Source of the DNA: a virus | DNA: 64,000 bases | IMG/VR virus record: IMGVR_UViG_3300045988_095676 | Coordinates: 26,969-90,968 of that record | Direction: 5' to 3' (one strand) | Part shown: in pieces, positions 62,644-64,000 of the stretch | How the letters are laid out: every line of letters begins with the position of its first letter | How positions within the stretch are numbered: position 1 is the first letter of the stretch | Notes under the pieces: generated by a model | Databases searched by the model: none | Seen by the model: the letters and a program-made list of their open reading frames with translations, nothing else | What the model was told of the DNA's origin: nothing | Made by a program: the position numbers and the translations under genes

Positions 62644-62695
62644 AAAAATAATATGAAAAAAAATTATAATCTGACGAAAAATCGTCAAGTTCAGC

Positions 62696-63019
62696 TTATA
62701 TGTAATGCATGTACCCATCTCGGTGTATAAACCTTCCCGATTCAAAGCGCTCAATATCTTCAGGGCAAATAGAGCCTGAATCTTCTCTCCTGGCTTCAAA
62801 CCAAAGCCCTGGCTTGCGAAGTCGGCAAGTTATGATATAATTGAAGCAATTGTGCGTAAAATGGAAAACAGATCCTACAGGGAAATACCTATCAGCTTGA
62901 AATACGATTCTTTTTCGTTTAGTATCAAACGTGATATCCCCTACTATCTTAGCCACGTAATAGCTTCTGCCATTTAACGTTTCATCTGTTTGTGGTATCC
63001 AATAATAACCTCTTGCCAT
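62696..63019 (-). CDS. hypothetical protein
   Basis: ATG at 63019 (MARGYYW...) inside ORF 62696..63088. The longer ORF would run through a terminator and promoter. Confidence 0.6.
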   Translation of the reverse strand: MARGYYWIPQTDETLNGRSYYVAKIVGDITFDTKRKRIVFQADRYFPVGSVFHFTHNCFNYIITCRLRKPGLWFEARREDSGSICPEDIERFESGRFIHRDGYMHYI

Positions 63020-63023
63020 GCCA

Positions 63024-63031
63024 CAAATATA
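63024..63031 (-). promoter_or_regulatory. -7 promoter box TATATTTG only 5 nt upstream of the ATG (near-leaderless)
   Basis: The reverse complement of caaatata matches TAnnTTTG. Confidence 0.4.
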
Positions 63032-63032
63032 T

Positions 63033-63070
63033 AAAAAAAAGTCGGACAAGATACATGTCCGACTTTTTTT
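63033..63070. terminator. bidirectional terminator
   Basis: 8-bp stem gtcggaca/tgtccgac flanked by A8 and T7. Confidence 0.7.
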
Positions 63071-63239
63071 ACTTTGATTCGTTTTCAAACCGCTTTATAA
63101 GAGAAGCAATATCATCACCACAAACAAACATCATTCGACGTTCTTCTTTTGGTTTATGAGACACTGGGATGGTTTTGTTTATCTTAATCTGATTCGCCAG
63201 ACCTCTGCCTAAACGAATATCAACTTTTTTACCTTTCAT
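63069..63239 (-). CDS. hypothetical protein (56 aa)
   Basis: Hand-translated MKGKKVDIRLGRGLANQIK...FENESK. The start overlaps the upstream gene's stop. Confidence 0.45.
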   Translation of the reverse strand: MKGKKVDIRLGRGLANQIKINKTIPVSHKPKEERRMMFVCGDDIASLIKRFENESK

Positions 63240-63546
63240 GAATTATTTGTTTAAAAAGACCAATTCCATCTATTATAATATGACCGCTTTGCATACGACC
63301 ATTATTAGGATTGTGTAGAAAATTGAAACCACTTTCTTTTTCCTGTCTTTCAAAAGAACTGATATCCTTTCCTCTACGGGCTCTTTCAAAAGCTTTCTTG
63401 AACAACTTGCCTCTAAAGGTCTTGACGAGGATCTTGGTAGCGTTATTGCCGACTCTTACTATTGCTTTCCTTGCCTGGTCCTCCGAGACAAAACTGCTTC
63501 GGAAAATATACGATGCTGCTGCTTGTATATCTTGTTTAGTAATCAT
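63229..63546 (-). CDS. hypothetical protein
   Basis: ORF track. Confidence 0.6.
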   Translation of the reverse strand: MITKQDIQAAASYIFRSSFVSEDQARKAIVRVGNNATKILVKTFRGKLFKKAFERARRGKDISSFERQEKESGFNFLHNPNNGRMQSGHIIIDGIGLFKQIIHER

Positions 63547-63893
63547 ATGACAAACATTTCTTTCAAGATACTATTTTGTATGCTATATATCAATTTCATC
63601 CCATCTCTATCATATACGTCAAAAAAGGATTCACTTAAGTTCTTTGGATTTACATTCAGTTGAATTATGCAATTACCGGTATAAACCTTAATTCCGTAAT
63701 TATCAGAGTATATATCTTGCATAGTCTCAAATGTCTCAATTAAATTTTCAACAAGGACTCTGTTAAATGAAAAAGGTTCTTTACCATTACCTTTAAATGT
63801 GATATGATCTAAATTTATGTTGTCAAATTCATACTCTAACTGATTGCCGTCCATCATATTATAAATGATTGACTTTCTGATTATAAATCCCAT
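63543..63893 (-). CDS. hypothetical protein
   Basis: ORF track, ATGA-type overlap. Confidence 0.6.
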   Translation of the reverse strand: MGFIIRKSIIYNMMDGNQLEYEFDNINLDHITFKGNGKEPFSFNRVLVENLIETFETMQDIYSDNYGIKVYTGNCIIQLNVNPKNLSESFFDVYDRDGMKLIYSIQNSILKEMFVI

Positions 63894-63910
63894 ATTGTTT
63901 TATTTTTTAG

Positions 63911-64000
63911 TTAATACAAATCTTCTGAATACAACTGTTCTCTAATGGCATTCCTATCTACCACCATCTCCTGATTATTGTTTCTAACAAGTTCAGACGC
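63911..64000 (-). CDS. 3' end of a gene whose start lies beyond the window
   Basis: Frame open from the window edge to a TAA (plus-strand tta at 63911-13). Confidence 0.4.
   Translation of the reverse strand, partial: ASELVRNNNQEMVVDRNAIREQLYSEDLY

Noticed and set aside
1-64000. Genome-wide stop-codon reassignment (TAG or TGA recoding, as described for some crAss-like phages).
   Set aside because: Nearly all genes, including the 2140-aa structural ORF and the fibre genes, are intact under the standard code. TAG is used as an ordinary terminator (for example at 2138, 11555 and 19591). No CTA- or TCA-anticodon tRNA is present among the four tRNAs. Only the local oddity at 18579-18606 remains unexplained.

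Overview
AT-rich 64-kb stretch of a large tailed dsDNA phage. The host is probably a member of Bacteroidota: TAnnTTTG-type -7 promoter boxes, mostly absent Shine-Dalgarno sequences, and Ig/BACON-like, DUF1566 and lectin-fold surface domains. Gene content is reminiscent of crAss-like phages, but that cannot be proven from this window. About 125 tightly packed genes are present.

Layout: the + strand from 1 to 54.5 kb is an early/replication/nucleotide-metabolism block. It encodes an SSB tail, dUTPase, four tRNAs (Met-CAT, Gln-TTG, Arg-CCT, Cys-GCA), a HAD phosphatase, a DHH phosphoesterase and a Pol-beta/CCA-type nucleotidyltransferase. It also encodes an ABC-type ATPase, a Toprim primase-like protein, a DnaB-like helicase, a solo TnpB, an ACP-NfeD-flotillin trio, a Cas4-like nuclease, an SF2 helicase, a dNTP pyrophosphohydrolase-like protein, a C5 DNA methyltransferase and dozens of small unknown ORFs. 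The - strand from 54.5 to 64 kb is a structural block with a 2140-aa giant protein and fibre-like genes. No integrase, terminase, capsid, DNA polymerase or reverse transcriptase was recognised in the window.

Most unusual observations:
- Three fibre-like genes start with MRRRF. Two are split at a G8 run inside a conserved IGGG, and the third at a T9 run.
- Six intergenic hairpins carry a conserved loop motif.
- Acceptor/T-arm tRNA-like minihelices lie beside these hairpins, and a ~560-nt structured non-coding region ends in a tRNA/tmRNA-like T-arm.
- Two repeat-dense non-coding hubs contain iterons, palindromes and G-/C-runs.
- Short GC3-rich islands sit inside otherwise AT-rich genes. One of them is an A-depleted C-terminal lectin-fold segment that looks like a DGR variable region, although no RT is visible.

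All coordinates and counts were derived by hand from the sequence. Functional calls rest on motif recognition, not database searches.
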